Assembly: GCA_963808235.1 (NCBI GenBank) | Contig: CAWEEQ010000004.1 | Location: 781,084 to 845,083 of the forward strand | Direction of reading: 5' to 3' | DNA: 64,000 nt | From: an uncultured delta proteobacterium | Lineage (GTDB): Bacteria > Desulfobacterota > Binatia > Binatales > Binataceae | Part shown: positions 63,541 through 64,000 of the stretch, in pieces | Layout of the letters: each line of letters starts with the position of its first letter | Position numbering within the stretch: position 1 is the stretch's first letter | Translations under genes and position numbers: made by a program | Notes under the pieces: generated by a model | Told to the model about the DNA's origin: nothing | Database searches by the model: none | What the model saw: the letters and a program-made list of their open reading frames with translations, nothing else

Positions 63541-64000
63541 ATGATTGAGAAGAATAGGTACATTGCGATTACCCCGGCCCGCGACGAAGAGCAATTCCTT
63601 CCCGGGCTGATCAGCAGCATGGCGGCGCAAACGCGCTTGCCGCAACGATGGATAGTCATTGACGACGGCTCGGTCGACAGGACCGCGCAAATCCTTGACG
63701 GGGCGGCGCGGCAGTACCACTGGATCGAGCCGGTGCATCTCGCGCGAAATCGTCCCCGGCAAGCCGGCGGCGAATCGGTGATCATGCAGTTCCTGCCGCG
63801 CGAAGCATGGCAGGACGTCGATTTTGTCTTCCGGCTCGACGCCGACTTGAGTTTCGAGCCGCAGTTCGTGGAGCTGATGCTCAGAGAATTCGCCGCGAAT
63901 CCGAAGCTCGGAATCGCCGGCGCTACGCTCTACGAGCCGGCCAACGACAGCTGGCGTGCGGTGCCGGAGTTTCATGCGTTCCACACTCGCGGCGCCACCA
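63541..64000 (+). CDS. Glycosyltransferase family 2 (partial, runs off the right window edge)
   Basis: IAITPARDEE...WIVIDDGSVDRT is the GT2 N-terminal DXD region. The frame is open to the window end. Confidence 0.65.
   Translation, partial: MIEKNRYIAITPARDEEQFLPGLISSMAAQTRLPQRWIVIDDGSVDRTAQILDGAARQYHWIEPVHLARNRPRQAGGESVIMQFLPREAWQDVDFVFRLDADLSFEPQFVELMLREFAANPKLGIAGATLYEPANDSWRAVPEFHAFHTRGAT

Noticed and set aside
63148-63984. 278-aa minus-strand ORF overlapping the end of the MBL-fold gene and the GT2 start
   Set aside because: It overlaps two plus-strand genes that have clear motifs (HxHxDH; the GT2 DXD region). It has no recognisable features.
1-64000. Search for CRISPR arrays, rRNA genes, IS elements, integrases and phage blocks
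   Set aside because: No direct repeat-spacer periodicity, no rRNA-like conserved stretches, and no transposase, integrase or recombinase motifs were seen in any frame.

Overview
This is a high-GC (~62-65%) bacterial chromosomal window with no obvious transposase, integrase or CRISPR array. Genes are listed left to right.

- **Left end:** the C-terminal fragment of a sensor histidine kinase, tRNA-Arg(ACG), a polyphosphate kinase 2 (PPK2) gene, and a major facilitator superfamily (MFS) transporter.
- **2.7-7.4 kb:** a toxin-first RelE/ParE-like plus Phd/YefM toxin-antitoxin pair, secreted hypothetical proteins, a small secreted Cys-rich protein, a 2OG-Fe(II) oxygenase, an HSL-type esterase and a DUF2784 membrane protein.
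- **7.4-10.8 kb:** a 1145-aa protein with two zinc ribbons, a class III nucleotidyl cyclase domain, a STAND-like P-loop ATPase and TPR repeats.
- **11-23 kb:** housekeeping and accessory enzymes: a tandem EthD fusion, an LLM monooxygenase, a CPA2 antiporter, an SDR, a CpdA-like cyclic-nucleotide phosphodiesterase, an ABC exporter, a secreted HExxH peptidase, ilvD, and GFA, VOC and TetR genes.
- **23-30 kb:** tRNA-Arg(CCT), followed by a minus-strand RND efflux operon (RND permease, membrane-fusion protein, TolC-like outer membrane factor) ending in a UspA gene. A second UspA gene diverges from it.
- **31-32 kb:** three small excisionase-family helix-turn-helix (HTH) genes, then a ~350-bp AT-rich island.
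- **32.5-49.7 kb:** a ~17-gene, translationally coupled exopolysaccharide operon of the PEP-CTERM/exosortase-associated type. It encodes:
  - a Wza-like exporter and a chain-length determinant;
  - an XrtA-associated-type ATPase with a C-terminal LysM domain;
  - a BY-kinase-like protein with a degenerate Walker A motif;
  - a WbpB/WbpD/WbpE-like enzyme trio for a 2,3-diacetamido uronic sugar;
  - a priming phosphoglycosyltransferase, a Wzx flippase, a GT4 glycosyltransferase and a truncated nucleotide-sugar-dehydrogenase-like protein;
  - a Wzy/O-antigen-ligase-like protein, a polysaccharide deacetylase, a FemAB-like protein and a methyltransferase.
  - No exosortase gene is in the window.
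- **49.9-53.4 kb:** a CRP/FNR regulator with an extended -10 promoter, uppS and a ferritin-like protein.
- **53.8-60.3 kb (most unusual part):** three paralogous secreted proteins built from shuffled modules: Ig-like domains, Pro/Thr linkers, a right-handed beta-helix and an unassigned Cys-rich C-terminal domain. Their 5' leaders carry a conserved hairpin that shows compensatory base-pair changes between copies, and the flanking intergenic DNA is repeat-rich.
- **60.4-64 kb:** a divergent pair of paralogous MBL-fold proteins around an AT-rich promoter region, and a partial GT2 glycosyltransferase at the right edge.
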